From: Camelus ferus
Taxonomy: Eukaryota
Direction of reading: 5' to 3'
Assembly (NCBI RefSeq): GCF_009834535.1
Contig: NC_045697.1
Span: forward strand, 100,194,001 to 100,258,000
Length of the DNA: 64,000 nucleotides
The first letter of the stretch is position 1; every line of letters starts with the position of its first letter. A model generated the notes under the pieces. The model worked only from the letters and a program-made list of their open reading frames with translations. It was not told the origin of the DNA and ran no database searches. The position numbers and the translations under genes were made by a program. Positions 62,841-64,000 of this stretch are shown piece by piece.

Positions 62841-63899
62841 TTTAGTTAGTAGAGGGGTGTGTGTGCACGTACACACACAAAAGCAGTGTCTTGGCGTTAA
62901 ATTAATTGGTACTACAGATGAGCTATACACAAATATACCTACCAGCTTACTAAGGTATACTTCCCAGTTTAGTAAGTAAAGGTAGATGCTTAAACGAACC
63001 ACTAGGTCAGATGTGCACAGTGTATAGTTCGTAGTTAATGTCAGTGTACTCCTTTTGATGTCCCACTGAAACACAGAGCAACTCCTGCAGGTATTGAAGA
63101 GAGATACCTAGAGCAGGTGGTCACAGCTGACATTGTTCTCTGTCTTCAAGTGCAGAAATAAACCACCACTGTGTATTTGAAATAAAACAGCCACCACCTT
63201 TGCTACAATAGCACTAAGCCAACATCCCAACTGAACAGGTCATGACTAAGGAGTTTGTGCTTTGGAAACCTTTACTCTCTTTTCTCTATATTGCATATTT
63301 TTTTCTACTGCCTCTTTTTTTTTACCTCTACCTCTCCCTCTCCCTATTTTCCTACTCCCTCCTTCATCCTATTCTGAGAGGTTAATTATCTTTCTACCTT
63401 AAAAATTGATTTCTTCTTTCCAACTCTCTTTCTCTTTTTCCCCATCCCTTTTAACTTTCAACACTATGAAATTACATCTGCTTTGAAATACTAGTGGGAC
63501 AGGAGCTAATAAACGCTGCGTTAGAGTCTCTGCTCTTAATTTAAAAGTCAGCCAAGCTTTTCTGTGTTTCTTTAAAAAAAAAAAAGAGAGACACACACAA
63601 TGCACTATTTTTCCTTCCACATGTCCCTTGCTTATTAATTTCTTATTGTGGGTCAGTGACTCCTCCCCCACACCTTGAAAGAAAAGTTCCTCATCTAACA
63701 CTCATTAGCTTGGACTACAAGAATGTCTCTGTAATGATGGCAGTTAGATCTTTAATGACAACTGCTTCACAGACGTATTTTTTTTAATCAACAGGAAAAT
63801 GGAGATGCCTACAGGGTTAATTCTGAATTCCTCAGACTGGTATCCAAAGTTCCCCGCAGTGAATCCCAGCAGTGGTGTGCAGCGCCCTTCCCGGAGGGG

Positions 63900-64000
63900 A
63901 ACAGCATGGTTTAATGGAAGGAGAGTGGGTTCCAAGGTCCTTAGGAACATGTCAGCATATCAACTTTGCCACTTACTAACTGGGAAACTGTGGGCAAATT
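63900..64000 (+). mobile_element. MIR 5' part (runs off window)
   Basis: acagcatggtttaatggaagg..ctttgccacttactaactgggaaactgtgggcaaatt. Confidence 0.7.

Noticed and set aside
1..64000. CRISPR array, prokaryotic operon or intact viral/transposase genes
   Set aside because: The sequence is mammalian and repeat-rich; I saw no regularly spaced repeat-spacer array and no long intact ORFs.

Overview
This is AT-rich mammalian nuclear DNA. It is most likely from a camelid (camel/llama/alpaca): there is a tRNA-Ala-derived Vic-1-type SINE with target-site duplication and artiodactyl-type L1 3' ends, and I saw no ruminant Bov-A/BovB or pig PRE-1 elements. I recognise no protein-coding gene. The ORF track is chance ORFs plus decayed L1 ORF2 fragments. 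The window reads as deep intron or intergenic sequence with many ancient repeats (MIR, L2, L1M, HAL1, MaLR/ERVL solo LTRs, hAT MERs) and younger nested L1 fragments, several with visible TSDs. Unique stretches carry candidate enhancer clusters, a CTCF/NRF1 element and a few unverified candidate exons. I found no convincing novel biological system. The best leads are a ~165-bp locally templated duplication inserted into an old L1, an internal L1 ORF2 fragment bounded by a direct repeat, a strand-specific G-U hairpin beside a CTCF site, and a perfect-Kozak/donor mini-exon. Repeat subfamily names are by-eye calls and boundaries are approximate.
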